In this document: positions 8,214-16,662 of the stretch, piece by piece
Numbering within the stretch: position 1 is the first letter of the stretch
Layout: every line of letters begins with the position of its first letter
Source of the DNA: Candidatus Scalindua sp. SCAELEC01
GTDB taxonomy: Bacteria; Planctomycetota; Brocadiia; Brocadiales; Scalinduaceae
NCBI GenBank assembly: GCA_004282745.1
Contig: SHMT01000008.1
Coordinates: 19,909-51,908 of the forward strand
Direction: 5' to 3'
DNA: 32,000 nucleotides
Program-made: the position numbers and the translations under genes
The notes under the pieces: generated by a model
Databases searched by the model: none
Told to the model about the DNA's origin: nothing
What the model saw: only the letters and a program-made list of their open reading frames with translations

Positions 8214-8972
8214 TCACACCTCAACCGTTAATCCATCGTAAGCCAGTTTAATGCCATCGGGTAGAGTTCCATTTATCTTATCATATTCTACTTCGTGGGC
8301 TATATGCGTAAACAATGCCTGTTTTGGTTTCAGTTGCGCCACAATGTCAAGGGCCTGTTCAATGTTAAAGTGTTTTTCGTGGGGACGTATCCTCAATGCA
8401 TCAAGGATTAAGAGATCAAGTCCTCTTAATTTATCCAGAGAACCAGTAGGAATATGGCTTACATCGGTTACATAGGCAACATTGCCAATCCGGTATCCGG
8501 TAACCACTTCCAACCCATGCATTACCTCAATGGGAATTATTTCAAAATTGGAGATAGCAAATGATCCATCAATGGATTTCAGGGTAAATCTCGGTTTACT
8601 GCCATTGGAAATTGTCTCTTCAAACACATAAGAGAACATCTTCTCTATTTGATTCACTGTCCCCTGAGATCCATATACGGGAATCACTGCCTTCTGCCTT
8701 ATGTTGAAGTGCCTCAAATCATCTAACCCCAATATATGATCAGCGTGAGCGTGGGTTAATAACACGGCGTCTACTCTCTTTACTTCATTCTTCAGACATT
8801 GAATACGCAGCTCTGTTGCTGCATCTATCAGGATATTCTGCTCTCTCCTGGATATCAAGATCGAAGAACGTGTCCTGGCATTTTTTGGGTTGTCAGAAAT
8901 ACAGACACTACATTCACAACCAATCATAGGGACACCATATGACGTTCCGGTACCCAGAAAAGTAATTCTCAT
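8214..8972 (-). CDS. MBL-fold metallo-hydrolase (PhnP-like, with an N-terminal Cys cluster)
   Basis: HAHADH motif and CECSVC near the N-terminus. MRITFLGTGTS at 8972 is preceded by GGAGGA..AGAGG. It overlaps the MATE stop by 4 nt. Confidence 0.8.
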   Translation of the reverse strand: MRITFLGTGTSYGVPMIGCECSVCISDNPKNARTRSSILISRREQNILIDAATELRIQCLKNEVKRVDAVLLTHAHADHILGLDDLRHFNIRQKAVIPVYGSQGTVNQIEKMFSYVFEETISNGSKPRFTLKSIDGSFAISNFEIIPIEVMHGLEVVTGYRIGNVAYVTDVSHIPTGSLDKLRGLDLLILDALRIRPHEKHFNIEQALDIVAQLKPKQALFTHIAHEVEYDKINGTLPDGIKLAYDGLTVEV

Positions 8973-10309
8973 ACCTCTATCTTCCTCCATCTCCCCAGTT
9001 TAAATATCACGCAAACGGCAATAGAACGAAAGATCCAGTCAAGTGCCACCCCAAACCATATCCCCGCCAGTCCCCATTTTAACACGATTCCAAAAACATA
9101 GGCAACCGGTAAATGAAAACATAATGTTCCCACTACCGTAATAATCATCAGGCTCAGGGTATCTCCTGCTCCTCGCAGGCCTCCGGCATAGACCATGAAT
9201 ATTGCCAAAGCAGGCTGTTCTAGGGCTGCAATCATAATACATAGTGAACTCAGAGCAAGAACATCCTGCTCAGGATGGAAGAGTTTCGCCATCGGTTTCG
9301 CAAGGGTTAAAAATATAAGAGCAAAAAAACCCATAACCGTAAGGGCGATCAAACAGTTCCTCCTCATGCTTAATCTTGCGAGATCAATTTTCCCCGCCCC
9401 AAGACTCTGCCCCACTAAGGTGGCCGTTGTTACCGCAAAGGCATAGCTCGGCATAAATGATATGGCCTCTATTCTGAGGGCAATCTGGTGCGCAGCAAGA
9501 GCGACCGTTCCAAGAATTGCAACTATCTTCATAAAGAAAAGATATCCTATCTGGGTGAGAAAGGCATCTAACATTGCGGGTAGGGAAATCCTCAGCATTC
9601 TCTGTATCCGGGCTTTCCTTACGCCAACTACGTATTTCAACTTTATTGTCAAAATACTTTTTCTGTTTAAGAGCTTATAAAAAATAAAAGACGCTCCGAT
9701 CATATACGCAATCGAGGTACCCCATGCGGCGCCAGCCACTTCCAAACGGGGAAACCCCCCTATACCAAAGACAAGAAGACAGCTAAAGACTACATTTACA
9801 CAATTCATGACGAGCGTCATCACCATTGGGGTACGGGTATCACCTGCGCCTCTGAATATTGCGCTTCCCGTTAAAATTATCAAACGGAGAATAAAAAAAC
9901 TTGAAATTATCTTAAGATAGGGAGTTCCCAAAACCACAACATCATATTCGGCGCTCATTGCTATCAAGAACTTTTCGGCAAAGAAAAAAACCAATGGACT
10001 GATTATGAGGCCCAGGATTACTGATAAAAATATGGACTGACCGGCAACTCTTTCAGCCTCTTCCTTCTCTTTTGCACCGATACTCCTTGCCACAAGAGCT
10101 GTGGTACCAACATTTAGTGCAGAGAATATCATTGAAATAATGAAGCTCAGGGCACCTGCCAACCCTACTGCAGCAACAGGAGCTGTCCCCAACCTGCCGA
10201 CAATGAGGATGTCCGCGATAAAGACAGCCATATGCAAGAGGTTTTCCAAGGCCACAGGAAGAGCGAGTTTCATGATATTTTTATTTAAATTTTCTTCGGT
10301 TAATTCCAT
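8969..10309 (-). CDS. MATE family efflux transporter
   Basis: 446 aa, about 12 hydrophobic helices, with typical NorM/DinF-like MATE repeat motifs (GRLGT..VAAVGL; FRGAGDTRTP and LRGAGDT). Confidence 0.85.
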   Translation of the reverse strand: MELTEENLNKNIMKLALPVALENLLHMAVFIADILIVGRLGTAPVAAVGLAGALSFIISMIFSALNVGTTALVARSIGAKEKEEAERVAGQSIFLSVILGLIISPLVFFFAEKFLIAMSAEYDVVVLGTPYLKIISSFFILRLIILTGSAIFRGAGDTRTPMVMTLVMNCVNVVFSCLLVFGIGGFPRLEVAGAAWGTSIAYMIGASFIFYKLLNRKSILTIKLKYVVGVRKARIQRMLRISLPAMLDAFLTQIGYLFFMKIVAILGTVALAAHQIALRIEAISFMPSYAFAVTTATLVGQSLGAGKIDLARLSMRRNCLIALTVMGFFALIFLTLAKPMAKLFHPEQDVLALSSLCIMIAALEQPALAIFMVYAGGLRGAGDTLSLMIITVVGTLCFHLPVAYVFGIVLKWGLAGIWFGVALDWIFRSIAVCVIFKLGRWRKIEV

Positions 10310-10440
10310 AAAGCTCTTCCTAAACGAGTGTTATAGTTATGGTTACCACGGTGGCTTCATCTTTATCATTCCACCTCTTCCATATCACCAGCAAAAATTG
10401 TTTTGGTGTAGTAATAAAAGTTCAGACTTCCTGGCCCTTA

Positions 10441-10621
10441 GGGCCCAGGAAAGAATAACTTGTCGTTCTTGCATCTCATTTTCAGGTCACCTTCGGCCAC
10501 TCTTCACTCGCAGTATCCTCGCTGTAGCTCAGGCTACGCCTGCGGTCCTGCTCGATCAGATCGACCAAATCTGATCTAAAACTGAGCGCTATAAAACAAC
10601 AAGTTATTTTTTCCTGGCCCC
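10441..10621. mobile_element. MITE family D, complete copy D1 with a TTA target duplication
   Basis: The 23-nt TIRs GGGCCCAGGAAAGAATAACTTGT and ACAAGTTATTTTTTCCTGGCCCC match at 21 of 23 positions. TTA flanks both ends (10438-40 and 10622-24). A further right-TIR scrap TTCCTGGCCC lies immediately upstream (10428-10437). Confidence 0.75.
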
Positions 10622-10802
10622 TTAGGATATTCTGCCGTTCACCTTATTTCTCCTTTAAAAACTTTTGCAAATGTCCTGCTTTGTCATATTGACACGTAAG
10701 ACGCCTTTATGATACTTTTTTAGTGAGCATTCAGTAAACGACGTTTGTTTAGCGGAAGAGTAGTTTCGTTAAAAAGCAGAAATGAATTATGAAGATCGAT
10801 CA

Positions 10803-10970
10803 TTGAACGGAAAACCTGTGTTTGAACGAAAACTGCCCAGGTATAAGGCACGTAATGATTCTGTAACCGGAGCGGACTCAAGTACGTGAGGATTACGGAA
10901 TTATTACAGTAACGCAGTAGATGGCTTGCCTTCCAAGTGTATGCAAGCTTGGGAGTTTTCGTTCAAACAC
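10803..10970. mobile_element. MITE family A, copy A2 (long form, forward)
   Basis: Same termini and core as A1, plus an extra half-TIR at the left end (TTGAACGGAAAACC) and a roughly 30-bp internal hairpin module (CTTGCCTTCCAAGTGTATGCAAGCTTGGG) shared with A3. Confidence 0.8.
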
Positions 10971-11004
10971 TATTGACATGATGAATGAGGAGTTATCCAT
11001 CTAA

Positions 11005-11027
11005 GGGCCCAGGAAAGAACAACTTGT
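11005..11027. repeat. Solo TIR of MITE family D
   Basis: GGGCCCAGGAAAGAACAACTTGT preceded by TAA. No partner TIR lies within 1.9 kb. Confidence 0.55.
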
Positions 11028-11190
11028 ATATGTAGTACGCTATTACAAGAAACGTTCGTTACCCAGGTGGTTTTTCCGACCATTGATCCCTGTTTTCAAG
11101 AGTTGCTCGGCTCGGTTGTTCTGGAGAGGGACTTCTGGATTATCGATAAATATCGTATATACATGACTCTAATATGTTTGCAAAACACTT

Positions 11191-11496
11191 TTACCCGAAT
11201 AGTTTTAGAGCGGCAAACAGCATTGCGGAAGTTCCAGAAATAATAGCAAAGATTTTAAGTAACAGATCTTTTTGAGCATATGCCATACGAATTTCCAGAT
11301 TTTTTATATCCTCTTTGAGTTCATATCGTATAGTGTCTCCAAGGCTCTTGTTTTGGGCAAGAATAAACTCTTTCAGGCTTTCATGACTATCAGCATGGGA
11401 ACATTCAATAATCTTTGCCAATGTTTTGGCCTGTTCGTGATTAAAGTTTACGGCTTCAAGCACTTCTATATTTTCTAATTCTCTTGTAATAGGCAT
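11191..11496 (-). CDS. DUF1640-like coiled-coil protein with a C-terminal TM anchor
   Basis: 101 aa. The pattern F..EQAKTLAKIIE ... coiled coil ... KDLLLKIFAIISGTSAMLFAALKLFG matches the remembered DUF1640 architecture. Confidence 0.55.
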   Translation of the reverse strand: MPITRELENIEVLEAVNFNHEQAKTLAKIIECSHADSHESLKEFILAQNKSLGDTIRYELKEDIKNLEIRMAYAQKDLLLKIFAIISGTSAMLFAALKLFG

Positions 11497-11751
11497 GGGT
11501 ACAACCTAACAAAAATATTAAAATAAGTCAATTGTAATCAGCAAACAGTTTTAATCAACAATTATAGAGTACCTTATCATTTGGCACAGATCTAAAAACA
11601 GACTTTGGCCTCACGATTGGATTTAGATTAAAATTTTTAAACAGTTGTCTAATAAAAATCATCCTATATATACCAATCACAAGTGAGTTTTCGGTTTTCA
11701 TATCAAGCAATACCGATGACAAGGGTAAATCTGAAAATGCTTATAACAATT

Positions 11752-11940
11752 CAGTAGCGTCCGGTTAGGTTTTTGCGGAGGCAGCTTTTGTCATACCCGA
11801 AGACTTTTATCGGGTATCCAGAGATTTGTTAATTCTAGATTCCCGCTAAAAACATGCCTGCCCGAATAGGTACAGGCGGGCGGAAATGACAGTTTTGGGG
11901 CAATCAATTAAACACGTAAAAACCTAACCGGACGCTACTG
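11752..11940. mobile_element. MITE family C, copy C1 (forward)
   Basis: 189 bp. The 25-nt TIRs are CAGTAGCGTCCGGTTAGGTTTTTGC and GTAAAAACCTAACCGGACGCTACTG. The interior recurs inverted at 22875-23085. Confidence 0.8.
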
Positions 11941-11989
11941 AAGGTAAATACGTTTAACCGTTTAATTTTTTTTGAAATCGAAAATATGG

Positions 11990-12018
11990 TTGACAACACC
12001 CCATACAACCATTAGATT
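11990..12018 (+). promoter_or_regulatory. Sigma70-like promoter candidate for acpS (TTGACA-N17-TAGATT)
   Basis: Hexamers read directly, about 90 nt upstream of ATG 12107. No experimental support. Confidence 0.3.
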
Positions 12019-12106
12019 TTTCTATACTTTTTACTTACCTTGTCAGATATTAGTGAGAAAAACAAAAACTTATGCAAAATAAACTTCTTAGATTAAAATT
12101 GTATAA

Positions 12107-12487
12107 ATGTATACGGGTATCGATATTATTGAAGTGAAGAGGATTGAACGGGTCTTTCTCTCCCATGAAGGCTTTGTCAGAAGGGTTTTCACGGAAGATG
12201 AGGTGAAATATTGCCAATCGAAGAGGAACTGTTTCCAGCATTATGCAGTTCGTTTTGCAGCAAAAGAGGCCGTTCTTAAGGCCTTTGGGACAGGCTTAAG
12301 AGAGAGGATGAAGTGGACCGACGTAGAGACACTCAACGAAGAGTCAGGAAAACCGTATGTAAATCTCTATGGCCGGGTTAAAGAGATGGCGATTGAAAAA
12401 AATATCTGTGAGATTTCAATCTCTCTGTCTCATTGCAAAGAATATGCAGTCGCTCACGCATTATTGGTTACACGCAACAATGGTTGA
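12107..12487 (+). CDS. acpS: Holo-[acyl-carrier-protein] synthase (4'-phosphopantetheinyl transferase, AcpS type)
   Basis: 126 aa. GIDIIEVKRIERV, FTEDEVKYC, FAAKEAVLKAFGTG and ISLSHCKEYAVAHALL are the AcpS family blocks. The stop codon TGA (12485-87) lies inside the MITE A3 terminal repeat. Confidence 0.9.
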   Translation: MYTGIDIIEVKRIERVFLSHEGFVRRVFTEDEVKYCQSKRNCFQHYAVRFAAKEAVLKAFGTGLRERMKWTDVETLNEESGKPYVNLYGRVKEMAIEKNICEISISLSHCKEYAVAHALLVTRNNG

Positions 12488-12770
12488 ACGAAAACTCCCA
12501 AGCTTGCATACACTTGGAAGGCAAGCCATCTACTGCGTTGCCATAATAGTTTTGTAATCCTCACGTACTTGAGTACGTTCCGGTTACAAAACTATCACGC
12601 GCCTTATATACTAAAACCGATTTGGTTTTAGATTTTTCCCGTCCGAACGGCTGACAGGCCGGGCGGGCTGAAAACCAAAGCTTGGTGAAGGTATACTCGC
12701 TCCGTTTTAACTCGGATTTTATCCGAAAACCATTATGAGATGAGTATATCTGGGCAGTTTTCGTTCAACC
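12483..12770. mobile_element. MITE family A, copy A3 (long form, reverse), interrupted by a family B element
   Basis: The A sequence runs 12483-12605 and resumes at 12750-12770 (CTGGGCAGTTTTCGTTCAAC). The uninterrupted junction is visible in A5 (GCCTTGTATCTGGGCAG). Confidence 0.8.
12606..12749. mobile_element. MITE family B, copy B3 (short form, forward), nested inside A3
   Basis: It runs ATATACTAAAACCGATTTGGTTTT ... CCGAAAACCATTATGAGATGAGTATAT. It lacks the GC-rich module present in B1 and B2. Confidence 0.8.
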
Positions 12771-12918
12771 AATATTTTGCAGCTTAAACTTTTCAGACTA
12801 AACCACCTTAACGCAGGCCGAAAGTAGGGGTTCCAATTTTGCCCCCTGCAACAAAATTTTGTTTTTCTCTGCGGCCTCTGCGTTAAAATGTAATACTAAA
12901 GACTTGCTATGAAAACCC

Positions 12919-12936
12919 CTATTCTTTCCTGGGCCC
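12919..12936. repeat. TIR fragment of MITE family D abutting the stop codon of the ATPase gene
   Basis: CTATTCTTTCCTGGGCCC is the reverse complement of GGGCCCAGGAAAGAATAG. The following TTA (12937-39) is the TAA stop of the minus-strand CDS. Confidence 0.5.
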
Positions 12937-14094
12937 TTAAATAATGATCTGGTTTTTCCATAGCAAACGCAAAAACTCCATTGCGGGATAAATATATATA
13001 CCATCCATTTTGGTCACTCTTTCTCCGAGAAAAATCCCTAAACATTTCACTTTCCCTTCACCCAATTCCTCACGTAATCTATGCAACCCTCTGTTATATT
13101 TTCTCTCCCAAACCTTCACGCTTTTTATCTCTATAGCGAGAAACTCATTCGCTTGCTCCAAAAATATGTCTACTTCATTGCCACCGTGGCTTCTCCAATA
13201 ATATAACGGGTATTCATTATCATTATAGTGTAGATAAGCTCGCAATTCGTTTATAATGAACGTCTCAAAAAGAGGGCCCAACTCCTCATGCAATATAGGA
13301 TATGCCAGCCTCCCGGATAAAGCGCGAACAACACCGGAATCAAAAAAATAAAACTTTGGGTGGGCTACCTGCTTTGTAGATGTTTTTAACTTCCATGGAT
13401 AGAGCCAAAACCCGGTTAAAGTGTCTATGAGGATCTCGAAATAGCCTTGTACAGTTTGCCGAGCAACCATTGCGTCTCTTGATATTGAGGATACGTTGGT
13501 TATTTGTCCGTTTTGCCTTGCCGCAACTTCCAAAAATCTTGCAAAATTCCCGATATTTCTGGTTAAAGCTTCCCCCTTTATCTCCTCTTTCAAATAGGTT
13601 TCAGCGTAGGTTTTCAAAAACCGCATGGGCTTTTCCGATAAAAAGGAGAGAGGCAGCATTCCATAAGTAATCTGTTTTTTCAAGTCAAAATCAAATCCAA
13701 CCTCTTTTGAAACAAAAGGAAAAAGATAGAAGGTGATGGCTCTGCCGGCCAATAAATTAACACTCGATCTTCTCAATTTACGAGCGCTTGAACCGGAGAG
13801 AATAAAAAACAGATTTCTATCTTCTATTATGCGATGCACTTCATTAAGCAAGTCCGGAACTTTTTGTATTTCATCAATTACTACCGTAGTCTTAGGCGGT
13901 AAATGTATGGTTTCGTCATAAAGCAGAGAAGGTTGCCTGCTAAATCTGATAACTTCCGCAGTATTTAAAAGGTCATAGGTAATAGCATTGGGGAAATGAT
14001 GTTTGATCCAAGTGGACTTACCTGTACCTCTCGGACCAAGCAAAAAAGCTGAAGAGCTCATTTTTTTTAATACTCTCTTAAACATAGTCGGCAA
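12937..14094 (-). CDS. AAA+ ATPase with C-terminal DUF4143 domain
   Basis: Walker A GPRGTGKST, Walker B VVIDEIQ, and a DUF4143-like C-terminal half (GEALTRNIGNFARFLEVAA..; YYWRSHGGNEVD). The codon at 14094 is TTG; the first ATG is at 14085. Confidence 0.85.
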   Translation of the reverse strand: MPTMFKRVLKKMSSSAFLLGPRGTGKSTWIKHHFPNAITYDLLNTAEVIRFSRQPSLLYDETIHLPPKTTVVIDEIQKVPDLLNEVHRIIEDRNLFFILSGSSARKLRRSSVNLLAGRAITFYLFPFVSKEVGFDFDLKKQITYGMLPLSFLSEKPMRFLKTYAETYLKEEIKGEALTRNIGNFARFLEVAARQNGQITNVSSISRDAMVARQTVQGYFEILIDTLTGFWLYPWKLKTSTKQVAHPKFYFFDSGVVRALSGRLAYPILHEELGPLFETFIINELRAYLHYNDNEYPLYYWRSHGGNEVDIFLEQANEFLAIEIKSVKVWERKYNRGLHRLREELGEGKVKCLGIFLGERVTKMDGIYIYPAMEFLRLLWKNQIII

Positions 14095-14165
14095 TTTTAC
14101 GGGAAATTTGCCTATATGTCAATCAGATTTCCCATATATGCTAAATTCATAGGCCTATTTAGTGT

Positions 14166-14306
14166 CTGAACGAAAACCCTGTGTTTGAATGAAAAGTGTC
14201 TAGGTACAAGGCGCGTAATAATTTTGTAACCGGAACGTACAATTGTACTTGAGGATTGCGAAATTATTGCAGCAACGCAGTAGATGGGTAGTGTTCGTTC
14301 AAACAC
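14166..14306. mobile_element. MITE family A, copy A4 (short form, forward)
   Basis: It runs CTGAACGAAAACCCTGTGTTTGAATGAAAAGTG ... GCAGTAGATGGGTAGTGTTCGTTCAAACAC, with the same doubled left terminus as A2. Confidence 0.8.
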
Positions 14307-14777
14307 TATTTACTCGTTGACTTAAATGATAGATCATTTTATCATTTAAATTATCAGGGAATTATTGTATAAGGCACCATTTGGAAAATTCGTCAAAAAG
14401 CAATCAAGGCCTTTTCAACTTGCTAGAGAAGATGAGAAGCATTATTACAATCATGATAAAGTGTTCGACGAAATAAGACAATCTCCATTTACCATAAAAA
14501 AAGCGTCTGAGTATCTTTAGGGAGCGGAAATAACCGTCAGAAGGTGGGTATAGATTCTTAACCCCACGTCCCATCTGCGATAATCTGTGCCCTCTCCTTT
14601 CTCTCTTCCCTTTTGTTTCAAAAGAAGTTGAATTCAACTTTGCATTATCTGAATTCTCAAAAAAGGTAACCCGGAACGGTGAACACTGAACCGGTGATCT
14701 CGCACGAATGCACATCCGTTTAAAAAGATTAAAACATGGACTTGATAATGGGTGAAAATAGTGTAAAATACCGTCAA

Positions 14778-14898
14778 GTTAAACTAAAATCGCCCATCTA
14801 CTGCGTTGCTATAAAAATTTTGCAATCTTCACGTACTTGAGTACGTTCCGGTTACAAACTTATTACGCGCCTTGTATCTGGGCAGTTTTAGTTCAACG
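14778..14898. mobile_element. MITE family A, copy A5 (short form, reverse, degenerate outer terminus)
   Basis: It runs GTTAAACTAAAATCGCCCATCTACTGCGTTGC...CGTACTTGAGTACGTTCCGGTTACAAA...CTGGGCAGTTTTAGTTCAACG. It is in inverted orientation relative to A4. Confidence 0.7.
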
Positions 14899-15025
14899 TG
14901 ATGGTTTGCATCTTGATTATGTTGTAAATTCTGCCTAGAAGAAGACTTATCATGAAAAACCCTATACCATAGAGTTATGCTCTTTTTTTATAACGTTATT
15001 TTTTATCGAACCTAAATTTAAAAAA

Positions 15026-16492
15026 ATGAAAAAGTTAATTCTCATTAATCCTCACCCCGTTGGTAATGTTGGCGAGGAGAATGTCTCCGTATTAAATCAG
15101 ATGCCCGTAAACCTGGGGTATTTGAAGACGCTGACACCGGATCATTGGGATGTAGATATTATTGACGAGACACAAGAGCTGGCAGTGGATGAAAAGGGTG
15201 AGAACATCTGTTTTGAAAAGCCTGATTTGGTCGGAATTACGTGTGTGAGCTATCAGGCTCATCGGGCATATCAGATAGCTACGGCATGCAAAAAAAACGG
15301 GATACCCGTTATCATGGGCGGTGTACACGCTACAAGTAATCCCGAAGAAGCGGCCCAATATGTTGATTCTGTCATAATAAGAGAGGCAGTTACGATTTGG
15401 GCCGAGATAATTGCTGATTTTGAGAACGGTGCCCTTAAGAAATCATATGATGGCGGCCTCACGCCTATGGAGATGTACAAAGAGCTCTACTCGGATCGAG
15501 AGTTTTTAAAGGAGAAATATAAGTATCGCTATTCCGGCATCATCACGACTGCCGGGTGCCCCTTTAGTTGTGATTTTTGTTCGGTTCCTCAGTTTCAAGG
15601 GAGAAAGTATCGGGAAAGACCGATCGATGATGTGCTCAACGAGCTGGAGAAAATCAAAGGAGAGTATCGGGGCCTTATCCTGACCGATGAAAATTTCTAT
15701 GGACACAGTAAAAAATCAAACGAAAGAGTGCGCACTCTCTTTAAGAAGATGGTAGAGAGAGGCATATATCAGAATTGGTTTGGCTTCACGTCGTTAAACA
15801 TCTATCAAGATGATGAAACATTAGACTACATGGTAAAGAGTGGTTGTGTTGGAGTTCTCATTGGGATTGAATCTATCAATGAAGAGACGTTAAAGACGAT
15901 GAATAAGGGCGTCAACTTGCGCATCACCGTCGACAAATATAAAGAAGCGGTAAAAAATATTCGGAAACATGGTCTTGCAGTATGGGGTACAATGGTTTTC
16001 GGTAATGATGGTGATACACCGGAAGGTTTTAAAGAGGTAGTAGATTTCATTGTTGATGCAAAGATCGACATTATGACCTGTGGTATTTTATGCCCTTTTA
16101 TTAATACCCCCCTATATCTGAGACTTAATGGTGAAAAGAGACTGTTTCGGACAAATTTCCCCGAAGATTGGATCTACTATACTTCGCACCATCTTACCTA
16201 TGTATTAAAACTTTCACTTCAGGAATTCATTGATGGTCTGGAGTATGTCTATGAGAATATCTATTCAACTGATGTGATTAGGGCGAAATTCCGAAATGCA
16301 AAGACGGAGTTAAACAACCTCAACGCCGCTATGTTTGCCTTTCGGGTAAATCTTGACTGGCAATATGTCTTTCACCATTTGTTAGAAAACTTAAGGGAAT
16401 TACAGGCTTCAGGTGTCTATGAAGAGGCACGTGAACGCTACGAAAAAATGAAACGTAGTAAGGATACCGGTTTAGCAAGCGCAAGGTCTTAA
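15026..16492 (+). CDS. Cobalamin (B12)-binding-domain radical SAM enzyme
   Basis: 488 aa. N-terminal Rossmann-like B12-binding region (LINPHP..DLVGITCVSYQAHRAYQIA..PVIMGGVHAT). Radical SAM cluster motif AGCPFSCDFCSVP (Cys178/182/185, nt 15557-15580). Confidence 0.85.
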   Translation: MKKLILINPHPVGNVGEENVSVLNQMPVNLGYLKTLTPDHWDVDIIDETQELAVDEKGENICFEKPDLVGITCVSYQAHRAYQIATACKKNGIPVIMGGVHATSNPEEAAQYVDSVIIREAVTIWAEIIADFENGALKKSYDGGLTPMEMYKELYSDREFLKEKYKYRYSGIITTAGCPFSCDFCSVPQFQGRKYRERPIDDVLNELEKIKGEYRGLILTDENFYGHSKKSNERVRTLFKKMVERGIYQNWFGFTSLNIYQDDETLDYMVKSGCVGVLIGIESINEETLKTMNKGVNLRITVDKYKEAVKNIRKHGLAVWGTMVFGNDGDTPEGFKEVVDFIVDAKIDIMTCGILCPFINTPLYLRLNGEKRLFRTNFPEDWIYYTSHHLTYVLKLSLQEFIDGLEYVYENIYSTDVIRAKFRNAKTELNNLNAAMFAFRVNLDWQYVFHHLLENLRELQASGVYEEARERYEKMKRSKDTGLASARS

Positions 16493-16662
16493 GCAAGGAC
16501 TATTTTTTTCTCCACACAGGTACAAGATTTCTCAAGTAGTGAGGAGCAAATCCGCAGAATATTTTCTCGGAATCAGGTGAGACCAACACTTTTACATTTT
16601 GTGCATACCCTGAGTTTTGAGATACCTATCATATCTTTTGTGTTATTTCTGAAGGAAAAATC

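Noticed and set aside
10101-10574. 157-aa plus-strand ORF
   Set aside because: Its first half is antisense to the MATE transporter gene. Its second half runs through intergenic DNA and MITE D1.
10689-10720. TTGACA followed by TATGAT/GATACT as a plus-strand promoter
   Set aside because: The spacing is ambiguous (13-17 nt), and nothing transcribable lies downstream except MITE copies.
11666-11703. Possible fourth family B fragment (ATATATACCAATCACAAGTGAGTTTTCGGTTTTCA)
   Set aside because: The similarity to the B left end is patchy and needs several indels. It was kept out of the feature list.
14404-14715. 103-aa minus-strand ORF between MITEs A4 and A5
   Set aside because: It has no RBS, an odd composition and no recognisable motif, and it lies in a segment bounded by repeats. 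It is probably spurious.
14307-14777. Possible cobalamin or SAM riboswitch upstream of the B12-radical SAM gene
   Set aside because: I looked for the B12-box and GGTG..AA.TCC core and for SAM-I conserved blocks on both strands. There were only loose resemblances (GAAGGTGGGTATAGATTC...CCCATCTGCG) and no convincing core. A covariance-model scan is needed for a firm answer.
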